Positions 28,924 to 43,494 of a DNA stretch of 64,000 nt are shown here, piece by piece. The notes below the pieces were generated by a model. It did no database searches. It was not told where the DNA came from and saw nothing but the letters and a program-made list of their open reading frames with translations. Every line of letters starts with the position of its first letter. The first letter of the stretch is position 1. A program made the translations under genes and the position numbers. The stretch lies in assembly GCA_951406725.2 (NCBI GenBank), contig OX597827.1, forward strand, positions 31,682,001 through 31,746,000, read 5' to 3'. This DNA comes from Octopus vulgaris. Lineage: Eukaryota.

Positions 28924-29709
28924 GCGTGAGTGAGCGAGTGTGTGCGCGTGTGGATCTATATAGAGTCAGCATGCGTGTAAGTCGATCAATATGTACATGT
29001 GTATTATTGCTTAAATATGAGTTTACGTGGTTTTGGGTTCGTAGCTATGTTTATATATGTGGCTGAGAAGGAACGATGATGCCTAGCTGGAGGTGTGATA
29101 TCCCGAAATAAACTTGAGGCCGAATACCTACAAGGGCAAATATCTTCTACTATAGCCCAAGACTGACCAAAGCCTTGTGAATAGATTTGGAAGACGAAAA
29201 CTGAAAGATCACCATTTGTGTATACATATGCATAAAGCCTGTGTGTATGTGTGTGTATATATGTATGGGTGTATGTCTTTTCCTTTGTGTATGCTCCCAC
29301 CACACCACCAATGCTAGACAATCGGTGTTGAATTGTTTGTGTTCCCATAACTTGGCATTTCAGCAAACGAAATTGATAGAATAGGTAGCGGACTGTGAAA
29401 AATAAATACTTGGGTTCATTTGTTTGACTAAAACCCTTCAAGGTGAAACCTCAGCATGGCCACAGTCCAATAAAAGATACAGGCACAATAGGTGGGGATC
29501 CCATATCAGTAGGATGATGTGGACGATGCGCTGTAAATCCGTCGAGAAAGAAGGCCTCGAAACAGTGCATCATTTCCTCTGATGACTCCTGAAACCTGGC
29601 ATCTGGTATGCTAAGTTTTCCACCGACTGCACTAGTAAAAGCAAGCTGTTTCCCAAGTCTCTAAACGTATCTTTGTTTCCGTTTTATTAGTATGGTTTCT
29701 TTGTGCGTA

Positions 29710-29922
29710 CGAGGGCGTGCTGAAAAGTTCTTGGCTTTGGGTAAAAGAAAATACAGGAGGATCAGTTATTTTATTCAACATATTCCCCTCTCAGATTCAT
29801 ACACTTATTGCAGCGGTCCTTCAGGTTCTCTAAGCCCTGTAAAGAAACTTGGAAGGTTGGGTCTCCAAATACGCTTTTCGCGATATCCTTACAGCCAAGA
29901 ACTTTTCAGCACCGCCACCTCG
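29710..29922. mobile_element. Mariner-type MITE (about 215 bp), copy 1
   Basis: TA|cgagggcgtgctgaaaagttc..gaacttttcagcac..cctcg TIRs; same body at 29975-30191 and 49196-49416. Confidence 0.85.
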
Positions 29923-29924
29923 CA

Positions 29925-29973
<49 letters not shown>

Positions 29974-29974
29974 A

Positions 29975-30191
29975 CAAAGGGGTGCTGAAAAATTCCTGGC
30001 TTTAGATAAAAGAAAATACAACAAGATCAGTTAATTACGATATTATCCAACATGTTCCCCTTTCAGATTCACACACTCATTGCAGCAGTCCTTCAATTTT
30101 TCTAAACCCTGTAAAAGAACTCGGAAGGTTGGGCCTCTAAGCAGGCCTTTCGTAACACCCTTAATTCCTGTAATTTATAAGCACCCCTTTG
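29975..30191. mobile_element. Mariner-type MITE, copy 2
   Basis: caaaggggtgctgaaaaattcc..agcacccctttg; separated from copy 1 only by (TG)n. Confidence 0.8.
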
Positions 30192-30289
30192 TGTGTATGC
30201 GTGTGTAGTTGTGTGGTTAAAAAGTTTACTTCGTCATTTATACAGTTAAGTTAGCACCAAGTCCATCCTTTCAAGATCGAAATAACTGT

Positions 30290-30303
30290 ATCTATTTTTA
30301 TTA

Positions 30304-30364
<61 letters not shown>

Positions 30365-31009
30365 AGTAATTTTTATTAACTTTTATAGCTTTAGAATTTT
30401 ATGAACTGTACCACGGATTTAATTATTATTTTTCATCTCCATATGTGTTAGCCTTTTTTTTTATAAAAAAAACTATTAGCCAAATATGTATAATATCGGT
30501 ACTTATTAATATTAATATATACACTGTTATATATTTTGTTTTATTTTGTTCTGTTTACCTTCCTTTTTGTACAAATGTGTATTATATTATATAAGTGTAG
30601 CATTATGATGTATAAGTTTTTATATTTTACATTTTTATATTTTTATATTTATATGTATATGATTATATAATATTTTTCACTATTATAACAAATTTAATTT
30701 AATTCTCTGAAGAGGCCGTGGGGCATCCTTGTTAATGCCTCATTTATACCTGCCTTTATGGCTTATAGGTTAAATGAGGTATGACTGTCCTCACTGCCGA
30801 AACAGCTGTCAGTTTTGATTTATTTGTATATTATATTTGAAATTTTTTACTTATATCTCTTTATCTTTTTACTATTACTGTATATCTCATTTCATTTTAT
30901 ATATTGCCTTTACTCATATGTAATGGTGTATTAAAGTATGGATTGAGTATCATCGGATAGTTGATGTTTTACTGATTTAAGTATGTTTCTCCATTCTCTA
31001 ATTTTGTAG

Positions 31010-31012
<3 letters not shown>
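30290..31012 (+). mobile_element. Very AT-rich non-coding element carrying a hammerhead (probable PLE pseudo-LTR)
   Basis: T-rich stretch surrounding the hammerhead at 30705-30812 and ending in (TA)n; left boundary approximate. Confidence 0.55.
30705..30812 (+). ncRNA. Type I hammerhead motif with elongated stem II
   Basis: CTGAAGA 30707-30713, GGC..GCC, GAAAC 30799-30803, palindromic ACAGCTGT, GUC 30808-30810; stem II extended by gtgggg/cctcac and atgcctcattta/taaatgaggtat; stem I weak (ct/ag). Confidence 0.8.
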
Positions 31013-31054
<42 letters not shown>

Positions 31055-31057
31055 TAT

Positions 31058-31535
<478 letters not shown>

Positions 31536-31696
31536 GATATATATATATATATAAATTATGTGTGTGTGTGTGTTATATAGAGATAGATACATGAATATAC
31601 ACGCAGACACACATATTTACATATATATATATTTACAAATTTACACATATGCATGTGTATCTATGAACACTCAGTTTCTCTCCCTCTCTCTCTTTC

Positions 31697-31748
<52 letters not shown>

Positions 31749-33947
31749 CATTTACACACACACACACAAGAATTACATCGGAGGAGACCTTGTGTCTACG
31801 AAATAAATCAATATTTCGCTTTTATTTAAACATACAAAGTTGCACATAAGAGCTTCCACCCCGCCATCACCACCCACACACCCTGACACATAAACCAACC
31901 AACGAGGGAGCGCCTATGTGGTCACTCCGTTTGCAAGAAATAACAGTCAAAATCTCCCTCAAATCTACATTTCTGAACATCATTGTAAAAGGAAACATTG
32001 GCTGATGTGTGGGGGGGGGGGATATTTATTTATTTTTGTTTTGTTTTGATGCGTCATATATATCAAATGGACGAGATGGTCGCGGATGGAATGTTTCTGA
32101 TTTGATCATAGGTTTATTTGGTCAGACCTGACCCGGGGTTAAACAACAACAAATAACTGACAATGTCCCAGACACCACCACCAAACCCTACTATACAGCA
32201 TAATACACACACACATACATACACATACACATGATACACATACAATACACACATACAACTATACAACATAATACACATACACACGCACACACACAAATAC
32301 CTGACTTGCTAAAAATAGCACCCTAATATCCCTCAAACTTCACCTTTGAAAAAGATAAAACAACTCAAGACTAAGGTAATCCTTAAGACGGTCATGGTTG
32401 GAATGCCATGCTCCATCGTAGTCGCCCTGGTGCTACATTTGTACCAGTAATAGCCTCTTTACACGTACATATCAACAAGCGAAAACTACTACAATTTCCA
32501 CACAAACACCACCACCACCACTACTACTACGAATCCTACTCGTATATAAACATCACGAGCACTGCAATAAGCACCAAACAGTTTCCCCATCACACACATA
32601 CATACACACAAACCTGTATACATAACAGATACACGCACGCGCAGATGCAGACTCACATTATACGTATTAACGCGCGCGGCCGTTGTTCCTTCTGTGATTT
32701 GATTCATAAACGTGCATATAATTATAATAATTCCAAGAGATTAAGTTGAGCAAGAAATGGCGATAGCAATATTTTGGAAATGTGTCTATGTGTACGTGTG
32801 TGTATGTGTACGTGTGTGTATGTGTTATATTACATATACATACATCATATATACATTTACATAGACACGTAAACATATATGTATGTGTGTATAAGCCGTT
32901 TGTACTGTTTCTTTAATCCCAGGACGACATTCCAGGCGTGACCACTTCATCTTTTATTTAGACCATACACACAAACACACACACATAACTGTTTTATCCG
33001 TGTTTCTCCGTTCTAAAGACAACAGTGTGGTTTGAGGTGGCTTGGGCAGCTATTTCTAGGAGAGCGTCTAACGTTTGTATTTCCGTGTGGAAGGAAGTCA
33101 GCCAAGTCTGACTGAGTCCTCTCGTCCACCATCAATTTAAAATGTTGACCCTACGAAGAGAGAGAGAAGTAGGGTGGGGGGGAAAAAAGAAAGAAAGAAA
33201 GAAAGTAAAAAAGGAGGTGAGAACCACATTATTACATGGGAAAAGATGGAGAAAGACCGAGAATTCCAATATTGCCAAATATTTTTCTCATTCGTAAAAT
33301 TGCTTTCCATGGGTTAAACAGGCTCAAAATCCAAGTCGAACGAATGACGGAACCTGTATGCAGTTGATCGACCTGTTAGAAGTCGCAGCGATATCGCCCT
33401 CAGAACAACGTTAATAATTCAATAAACGGAAGGGATAGCAACCAGGTTTGCTGCCCAATAGCATCCTGGGGTCAACGGTAAAAGAATTCATACAAGGGCA
33501 TATATCCAAAGACGTGGTCCTAGGTTATTATACTACGCGAATTTATGAGGGAAGTGATTGTATTGTAAAATGTTCTGGATAGACATTCGCTAAGTAGCAC
33601 CGCCACCACCAACACCACCACAAGCAGCAAGAGTAGTAGCAGCAACTGAGTTCAAATCCAGCCGAGGTCGACTTCAGTCTCAGGATATCGATAATATAAA
33701 GAACCAGTCGAGCAGTAGAGTCGATTCCATTTTATAGATTCCATTTTATATATAAGAACACACGCTGCACCTAGAACCAGCCGTGAGTCGGATCTACGGT
33801 TTAAACTGGATTTGGTACTTATATATCTACAGTATCCAAATGATACTCCATTGTTAACCCTGTTATGGTACCTAGCCATTTCTGGAGTCCTGCGTTGATG
33901 AACCTAGATTCTATTGAATCCTAAAACTAATCTCCTCTCTCTCTCTC

Positions 33948-34159
<212 letters not shown>

Positions 34160-34695
34160 GGGGCGGTAGGAAGTTTCGTGTCCCTCAGGCAGCCTTCGAC
34201 TTTTTCTATCCAAAACTTTTTTTTAACCATATTTACACGCTTTTGTTTATAGACTTTATCTGCTTCCAGTCTTGATATTCCAAAAGAAAAAGAAAGAAAA
34301 TGGAATTCATGTTCCCCCGAAGTTTAGAAAATTCTTAAAAATGTACATTCCAGTATAACGCATCCTAGACGTGAATGGAAAATGAATGAAGACGACAGCA
34401 GTGGCAAAGAAAGCTGCTAGAATTTAGTAGGGGGCGGCGGGTGTGGGGAGGAAGAGATGGTTGTGGTGATAAGTGTTATAAGATGTTACAAGACGAGACG
34501 AAAGAAAACCCACCCACAAACGAAGGAAGATGACGAAAAGAAAAGAAAATACAAGATAAACAATTTATACAGAATGAGTTCGGGTTAGGACAGTGGTGGT
34601 AATGTAGCTTCGAATCTGATAAGATAGAACACTTTTGTTAGTTTTGTATTTTAATAACGGGAAATGAAAATAACAAAATAAAAACTGTTAACGAA

Positions 34696-34736
<41 letters not shown>

Positions 34737-35017
34737 CACACACACACAGGGCCTTTCACTAATGCCTTATTAATTAAAGCTGGGGGACGACAAAGATCTT
34801 TGCTTTCGAGTACTCGGGTGCCCTGAAGCCCTAGGTCTCTCTCTGTCTCTCTCTCTCTCTCTCTCTTCCTCTCTCGTTATCTTTCTTTCTCTATGTGTGT
34901 GTAGTATAATTACAACGTACGCATACATCACAAAAATTGGAGAAGCAGAATAAAACTCAGTAGTTCCACTCTTCAAATCAGTATAATTAATGGTAAATGG
35001 TAAACGATTCTAAATTG

Positions 35018-35055
<38 letters not shown>

Positions 35056-35687
35056 ATTCTTTCACTAGTCCTATTTACATACATAGACATACAAACGCAC
35101 ATATATACGCATACATACATACATATATATATATATACATGAGTGTGTGTGTCTACTTAGTTGACAGTTTTCAATTATCGCATTTGAAACCAAGCAAAAT
35201 TAACAAAGAGAAAGAAAAGAGGGGGGGGGGCTAACGAGCATATTAAGAGGACGGGTGTAGAATATTACGTTAAATGAATGCTTGCGATGGTAGTAGGTTG
35301 CTATGCAAATAAAAATGGTGCAGGACAATGACAGAAGTAGACTAAAAATAATTAAGATATACAGTTGATTGCGGCGGTGGTGATGGCGGTGGTTGTCAAG
35401 CACTGGTTAAGCAGACCTATGATCAAAGCCATTCCAACCGTGACCTTTGGAGGGTTTTTGGGGGGGTTTTTTTTTTGTTTTTACAGTGCCGACTGTACAA
35501 AGGATTGCATTATCGGATTTATGTCACCCCACCACCATTTCATTATTGGTGATAATAAGGGTTGTCTAGCACGGGTCAAGCAGACCTTTGATGGAAGCCA
35601 TTCCAGAGGTGACCATCTTGCATTTGTTTTTTCTGGGGGGGGGGGTTTGCAGTGTATCAAGGACTACATTATCAAATGTGTATGTGC

Positions 35688-35726
<39 letters not shown>

Positions 35727-35927
35727 TGTGGGTGTGTCAACTTGCCTTTATTTCATGATAGTTGTGTGTGATTTGAAATGAAATTCGGCTACTATTTCTA
35801 GCAGGTTGAACAACCACATAGAGGCTTCGTCGTTGACGATGAATATAATGATGCCGTTGTTGTTTAGCCCCAAGCCGTCCCTGAACGGACAGACCTACAA
35901 TCAAAGTCTTTACAATCATGACATACC

Positions 35928-36096
35928 CAGGGCTGTCTTAGCACCATTATAAGTCCTCGACGCAAACATTAAAGCAGTGAGTCTTATAGTACTTAACTGA
36001 CAGCAATCCGCAACATACATAGATCCGAATTAGGCCCCTCGACCCGAGAGGCCCCTGAACAATTTCCCCGTGTGTCCGTGCCTTAAGACGTCGCTG
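35928..36096. mobile_element. Small hAT-like MITE
   Basis: TIR cagggctgtctta vs reverse complement cagcgacgtctta; flanks gacatacc (35920-35927) and gacatctc (36097-36104), a 6/8 match consistent with a decayed 8-bp TSD. Confidence 0.65.
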
Positions 36097-37069
36097 GACA
36101 TCTCCCTCAGTTTTATATTTTTTAGCAATGTGTCAATTATTTTAAGGCAGTAAGGTGTAATTTGCAGGCAAGTTTGCTGCAATTTCTAGTCAGTCAAACG
36201 ACTTCATAGAAACCATCTCATTTGATCGTTCATAGTAAAGGTTGTTAATTAAAATTGGCGGACGATGTAGACTAATAACATCCCCCTTCGACGCCGTAAG
36301 TAGAGATGGTAAGACTAAATATATAAAAAGTTGGCAGATTCCGTGTTAAAAACCAGCACCAGAAGATCTCACGAAAATTGAAAACATTACGCCTTTTAAA
36401 TGATGGTGACGTCCCTGTGGATTGAGTCTTTAAACTGGAAGTTGCTTAGCTTCTGTTCCAAATCCATCGCTGCCAGCACTTAGCAGCGGGCTTTGAATCA
36501 TACTACCGTTTATATGACACCTTAGCAACAACAAAAAGAAATGGGAAACAGATTATTACCACTATATCTCGTGTTCTCCTTCCGTCCACTCCATAACCAC
36601 AACCATCACCCACCACTGCTATCCTCCACCTCATCATCACCCATCACAGCTCGTCCATTCACTAAATTTGAAGTCGTGTATCCAGAGTAAAGAGTAAAAT
36701 CTAATTTAAAAACTGGCGGGTTGGGAGAATCATTACAGCTAAGTGGATAAAGACACGGTATGCGAGGTTCGCTCAGCTGAAGAACACGACTCAGTTAATA
36801 ACCAATGTCTGGCATAGTTCTTTCCTTCACCGTGTGCCATAAAAGATTCCAGCCGCTTATTTTTGTTGTTCGGGTTGGACTGTGCCACATGCAATTTAGA
36901 AATGGTGCGAAATGCCTCAGATTACTTCGGTATATAAATACTAACTTCTTTTTCTTGCTTTTTTTTTTTTCTCACGGCCTTCGTCAAAGAAAAATCTACG
37001 TTGCTGAGAGCCACTGAGTATAGGAATTTCAGTGGGTTGTTTTGGAGTGTAGGAGGAGGAACGTGACAT

Positions 37070-37655
37070 TTGGAGTATAGGAAATTAATCGATAACATTC
37101 ATCGTTTCCAGTACTTCGTTGATACTTAATTTTACCGACCTCCAAAGTATAAAAGACAAAGTTGACCTTGGCGGGATTTGAACTCGGAACGTAGAGAGCC
37201 AGAAGAAAAAGTGCATGGCATTTTCTACTTTTTACAGCGTTTTAACGATTCTATTAATGAACAAGGTCACAGATTTGGGTGACAGGCTTAGTCGATTAAA
37301 ATAACATCCTAGTACTTGACTGGAACTTTATTTTATCGACCCTTAGCCCCAGAAGAATGAAAGCATATCTGATCTCAGTTGGATTTCAACCCAGAACGTA
37401 AACAAGCCGAAACAAATACCACAGGGTATTTATGTCCGACGCCCTGACACTGTTTATCTTCGGCCACAAAAGCACAAATGTGAGGAAGAAAGGGTCCGTG
37501 CATTATATTGACTCCAGTACTTAATTGTTACTTTTATTCCACCGACACCAGAAAGATGAAGTTGACCTTGGTGGTATTTGAACCAAGAATGCACAGGGTC
37601 ATTAACGAATTAGACGACGACATTTTGCTTGTCTCTCTACCGCTACTGCCAACCC
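37070..37655 (-). mobile_element. Tandem diverged SINE family A copies (about 3)
   Basis: cagtactt..ttttatcgacc..aaagttgaccttggcgggatttgaactc motif repeated. Confidence 0.75.
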
Positions 37656-39669
37656 ACAAATAACAAAGTTGATGGTAATCATATTATTATATTTGAACAG
37701 ACTTACAAGACTTTCACTGATATCAAGTATTGTATTGCAAAGCAATATTTACTCTGGTCTCCCTAGCGTTTCTGTGACGGCGCGTGGTCTAGTGGTTAGG
37801 TTGTACTCACGATTGCAAAATCGCGGTTTCGATTCCCGGATCCAGAGGCGCGCTGTTCTCTTCTATTTACGTTGCTCCAGTCCACCAAGCAGTAAATGAA
37901 TAACTCCATGACAGACATCCCGTTCAGGGAGGAACATTGTTACATCAGTCACTAAACACGCCATGGAAACCGGGTAGCCAGTAACATAGGACAGTAATGC
38001 CTGGGGGACTTCTTTAACTATTGTTTCTGTTGCTTCACTAAAACTTTTATGCGTTCACGGATTTACTAATCGGAAATTATCGAGGGTCCTTTCTCCAGAA
38101 GCGCTTCGGTTTTGACTTACAAAACTGGGCGTTTCGATTCTGCAACCAAACTGACCCGTCTCGATCGGTAAGAGAACAAACTGTGGTTATATTCCTACGT
38201 TGTGACTCCACTACTGGGGCCAATCGAATGAGGGCTTTCCTTCCCTCTCATGTCTAACAGCACACACCTTAAATGACAAGGAAACTTTTGTGTATGGCAT
38301 TAAAGAAAATAGTCGATAGATCTCCTCGGTGTCTACCCGTCTGCCTTAATACCCTTTCTAATTGCCTCCTCGGATTTGTGCACTAGCTCCCCTTCTAATC
38401 TACCCTTATCTATCGCTGCTTCTTCGCTAAATCATGTCGATTCTATTCTAATAACTCTTATCAACAACAACGATTTTATATAGAGACGCAAGGCTAAAGA
38501 TATGAGAAGATGTCAACAACGATTAGTTACTATCAAGTCTATTACTTCACTGGTGACATTATTTTATCGATTGTGATAGAATGAAATGCAAAACTGAACT
38601 CGTTGATCACAGTGGAATTTGAACACGGAATGTTAGGAGACAGAACAATATTTCATGATACTTTGTCTGATGGTCTAACAATTCCACCAGTTCAGTACCT
38701 TTCTTATGAGGGCGAGAGATAGATACGTGTGTGTGTGCGTGCACGCACGCACGCACGCACGCACGCACGCGCGCGCACACACACACACACAAAGGTGGGG
38801 AGAGACAGAGAGCATTAATGTGTAAAAGCTAATCATTTTTAACCGAGGTACGGAAACACAAACCAATCTAGAAGTGGGGGAGATGGAGAAGTCAGATATA
38901 ATCGATCAGATCGAATTCGGTACTTATTCTTTCAATCCCACCCGGATTAATGATTCTAATTTTGGCACAAGATCAGTCGTTTTTTGGAGGAGTGGTGGGG
39001 TGCAAATCGATAACATCGACTCCCCCCGCTAGTACTTGACAGTTACTTTAGAAAGAATGAGGGCGAAGTTGACTCTGGCAGAATTTGAACTGAGAAAGTA
39101 ACGAAGCTGGAAGTAATACTGCTAGGAATTTTTCTCCGATGCGCTTAACGATTCTGCCACCCCGCCGCTTTACCCAGATTAATAGTAGGGATGATAACGA
39201 CAAAGATAATGATGATTTTTTCGAATCAGACGACAATTTTTTTCGGAGCAGACTATATACAATTAGTTGGATTAATTCTTCTGTCATGATAAAATGGCTG
39301 GTAGTTATTTCTCGTGGGACGAAAAACTAAACGCTACTATTTTGAGATGTTTCAATCGGTTGCTCTGTAACATTCATCTACAGCAGTAACGAGATGGGTT
39401 TTTAATCAATTTGGATTGTGCACTGACTACAGAATGCCACCCACGTATACACCTCCATGCATGTAACCAGCCCCCTCCAAGTAGTTATCGCGCTAGGTTG
39501 CCGAGAGGACTTGAACATACTCTGCGTCTGACGGCCATTTCAGTGTCGACCACAGTTTGGGGTTAACTAAATGTTTCGAAGAAATTGTGAAAGAGGAGGA
39601 AAAGAGTGAAGGGCAAAGGTAGTTTCGAGTAGAGAGTGACTCTCAGCAAGCAGAGTGTGAGTGAAGACT

Positions 39670-39866
39670 AGCGTCAGAAAATGAAAAAGAAGGGAAAAGA
39701 GTGTGAGTAGTGAAAGGGATTAAAGTTTAATGAAACTGGGGAGAAAAGATAGGAGCGAAAACGACAGAGAGGAAGAAAGAGGAAGGTGATCCAGTGGAAA
39801 ATTAAATGAAAGAAAAAGTGTGGGGGGGGAGATATAAGAAATAGAACGAAGGAGAAAAGGAAATCG

Positions 39867-39897
<31 letters not shown>

Positions 39898-40320
39898 AGA
39901 ATAACAGTGAGAAAAGGCAGGGACAAATGGAAAACAAGAGTAAGAAAATAAAGGGGTGAAAAGAAAACGCGATGAGAAAGAGTAAAACACGAAAAGCTAG
40001 GAAGATAGAGAGAGGGGGAATACAAGAAAAAGAGAAAAAACGGGGGAGAAGTCGGAGAGGAAAATGCGAAAGGATAGGAAAAATACAGTGGGGGAGAGAG
40101 AGAAAATGAGAGAAATAGAGAGAGGAAGGGAAAGAGAAACAGGTAAGGAGGAAGAAAAGAAAAACGAAAGGGCAAAATGAGGAGAAAGAGAAGAGGACAA
40201 AGAGAGGGGGAGAGAAACAGCGAAAGCGCAGAAAGAGAGAGAGGGGAAGACACAAGATTTAGAGATGGATTGAAAGAACGCGCGAGATGCTTAACAAAAA
40301 AGAAAGAAAGAAAGAGAATG
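39670..40320. repeat. Polypurine (GA-rich) low-complexity tract
   Basis: Almost exclusively A/G on the plus strand; similar tract at about 27110-27470 and a pyrimidine tract at 6767-6920. Confidence 0.9.
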
Positions 40321-40942
40321 AAAATTTAAGGTTTTCTAATCAAGCGAACAATTGAAAGATGATCCAGTGATGCCGAGAGATGGGGAATGTGATAAAAAAA
40401 AAAAGAAGAGCAAATAGACAAGAAAATAATGGAAAGAGAAGGAGGAAAAATAAACTTGTGGTAATGAAAAAGGAACGAATATAAGCAGCTAATGCTGCTT
40501 GCTTGCCAGCGATGAGGAAGAGGGATAAGGAATCATGTGAAGGTTGCCCTAAAAGGTCTCCACCTTTTATTTAAAATGAAAGGTGATTAAGTATCTATTT
40601 ATCAGGTCCTACAAGACGAACAAACATACGGAGAAGGTAAAGAGGAATTAAAACAGAGAGGAAGAAAGAGAGAGCGGTACTAAAAAGGCTGCACGTATTT
40701 GTTGTGTGTGTGGGTGTGGGTGTGTAACTGAGAGAGAGAGAGAGAGAGAGAGATTACTCGCGAACATTGTTCTTAAGACCTTGCAGGTCGACTTCTGGTC
40801 ATGCAAACCTGTAATCAAGAGGCATTTCTGGTCGTGACAATTTTCTTTCTCCGTTTCTTTATCTATCTTATTTTTCTGCGAAAAATTAAAAGGGTTTTCG
40901 GGGAGGGAGAGCAATTTCGTTTTCTTTTTTTTTTCTTATCAA

Positions 40943-40975
<33 letters not shown>

Positions 40976-42032
40976 CATACGATGCCAAATGTAAGGTCTA
41001 CAGGTCCCACAGTTATCAAGTGCTAGACATTTAAGCTAGATCTACAGTGAACAGTTTATTTAGAAGATGACTGTTGTTGCTGTTGGTGGTGGTGGTGGAG
41101 GTGGAGGTAGTAGCAGTGGTTTTGCTCGTGGGAGCGGGTACACATTGGAGGACCAACCACAAATAAGGTCACTGTCCGGAAAATACCGTGCGCGCGCGCA
41201 AGCGTTTGTTAATATATTTGGGATACTGTTCGCCATTAATGAGACACATTCATATACACAGTTAAGTTCCAGCCCCTTCTCCCAGCCAAGTAAATAAATT
41301 AACTGAGTTTGGGGAATATTTATTGTTGTGTCCCACAGAGCAAAGAATTAGGTACATTTTTTTATTTTTTATTTCATATATAATTTCCGTTCATTTCCCC
41401 CCTCCCACCTCATATAGCAGGAATAACAAGTCTGAATTTTTCCCTCCACGTCAAAATTATTGCTTAATATTTGTATTCCACCCCACAGTCCAATTCCGTG
41501 CTCCCTTTTCCTTCCTCACGAAGCAGTGAAAGATATTTCAAAACTCAGACATAATTTTGTGAAATTCATTCTTAATTTCATTGAATTACCTCCCCTTTCT
41601 ATTATAGAGTTCTTAACAGTTAAGAGACGAAATTTCAATTATCTGATAATTTCTTACGCAAGTCATTAAATATAAGGGTCCTTAAATTATTCAAATTCAT
41701 GCCTATTTACCTGTTTGAGATATATCCCTTACGTCATTATATATATATATATATATACACACATATGTGGCGGGGTGACGTGTGTGCGCGCGCGTGAGGA
41801 TTAACAGACTGATTTAGCTCCTCATGTTACCTAAGGTTTTGTTGACGTGAAAGTGCGACCATCTCCTCAGACATACTGAACGTCCGAGGAGAAGGGCGTG
41901 TTTTCATATCCACGAAACTTCAAGTAACATGAGGACCTAAGTACTCAATAAGTTCAACTCTGACAATGTGCTGACTGCTACTTATCTTCGTTTTTTCCCC
42001 TCAACTCGTATATGTGTGAATGTGCGTGTGTG

Positions 42033-42063
<31 letters not shown>

Positions 42064-42502
42064 TGTGCGTGTGCGTGTGTAGGCACATAATACAAATTAC
42101 TACAGGCCAACTATCTTCGAAATCTGTTTTTTTTTTATATATATAAAAACTACTCCCCGCTGAACAAAGCAGGTTTGAGAGTAGGCCTGGCTCAGCTGAG
42201 AAAGTCTAGTAAGACCGAAACATGCCCGTAATTTGACCCCCACCTTGTTTGTAAAACAACAGAGACGGATTTTCCACAAAGCTTTAATAGTAATTGAGTG
42301 GAATTAATTCGAAATTTCTTTAAATGAATTTTTTAAAATTTTATTTTAAGAGTCGCTAACAACTATCGTTAGGCCTTTGTTTTCTTTCTCAATCTAAGAC
42401 TGAAATTTCAATACATTTACAAATTTCTTAGGAACAGCATTTAGAAACAAGTAAAAGAGATAGACAGACAGACAAATAGATAGATAGATAGATAAAGATA
42501 TT

Positions 42503-42544
<42 letters not shown>

Positions 42545-42671
42545 CACACACACTCAATAGATATGTGCATGAGATAAAGAGGAAGAGGGGTGGAGGGACC
42601 GACATATTAAGATAAATCAATATCTATGTATCTATGTATGGATCTCTCTGTATGTGAGTTACAAGTGAGCC

Positions 42672-42995
42672 GTGTACGTGTGTTTGTGTGTATGCGCGCT
42701 CGAGAAGAACCTATAAATGTGTGTGTGTGTGTGTGTGTACATGTGTGTATGTGTGTGGGTGTTCGTGTGTGTGTGTTTATGCGCGTTCGAGTAGAACCTA
42801 TAAATGTGTGTGTGTGTACATGTGTGTATGTGTGTGTGTGTTCGTGTGTGTGTGTTTATGCGCGTTCGAGTAGAACCTATAAATGTGTGTGTGTGTACAT
42901 GTGTGTATGTGTGTGTGTGTTCGTGTGTGTGTGTTTATGCGCGTTCGAGTAGAACCTATAAATATGTGTGTGTGTGTGTACATGTGTGTGTGTAC
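42672..42995. repeat. Minisatellite, 4 units of about 79 bp
   Basis: Anchor gaacctataaat at 42707, 42794, 42873 and 42952 (spacing 87/79/79) within TG-rich units. Confidence 0.9.
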
Positions 42996-43494
42996 GTGCG
43001 TTTGGCAAAGAAAGTGACGCCGTTGAGAACAGAGACAAATCAACTGCAACAACTTCCAACTACAGTCCCACCACCGACCACAGGACAACACTCGACTTCG
43101 TAGGTGGAGAAATTAACACAAATATAATATATACATTCACACATCCAGGCAGGCAGACTCGCACGCGCGCACACACAAACACACACACAAATACATATAT
43201 TTAGAAGGAAAAATGGAAAGCATAAATTTTACATATAATTCATAATTCCATTGAGCTCTGAATTAACATGGGTGTATTTTAATACGTTTATACATCAATT
43301 CTATATTTAGATATGTATGTATGCATGTACATATGTGTGTATGCGTATATGTAATTGTAGACGTGACACGAGGGGGAGGAAGAAGAGAGAGAGAGATTTC
43401 TGATGAAATTCAATTTTTCAAAATTCACGAAATCCTTCGTGCTGGGTGTTGGACACAAAACAAAATGCCTACCAAAAACATTTGCCCCACTTTC

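Noticed and set aside
29575-29605. CTGATGA ctcct GAAAC as a hammerhead
   Set aside because: No room for stem II, no NUH triplet in register and no stem I.
42672-42995. CRISPR-like regular spacing of a conserved anchor
   Set aside because: The intervening sequences are near-identical TG repeats, there are no cas genes and the context is eukaryotic.
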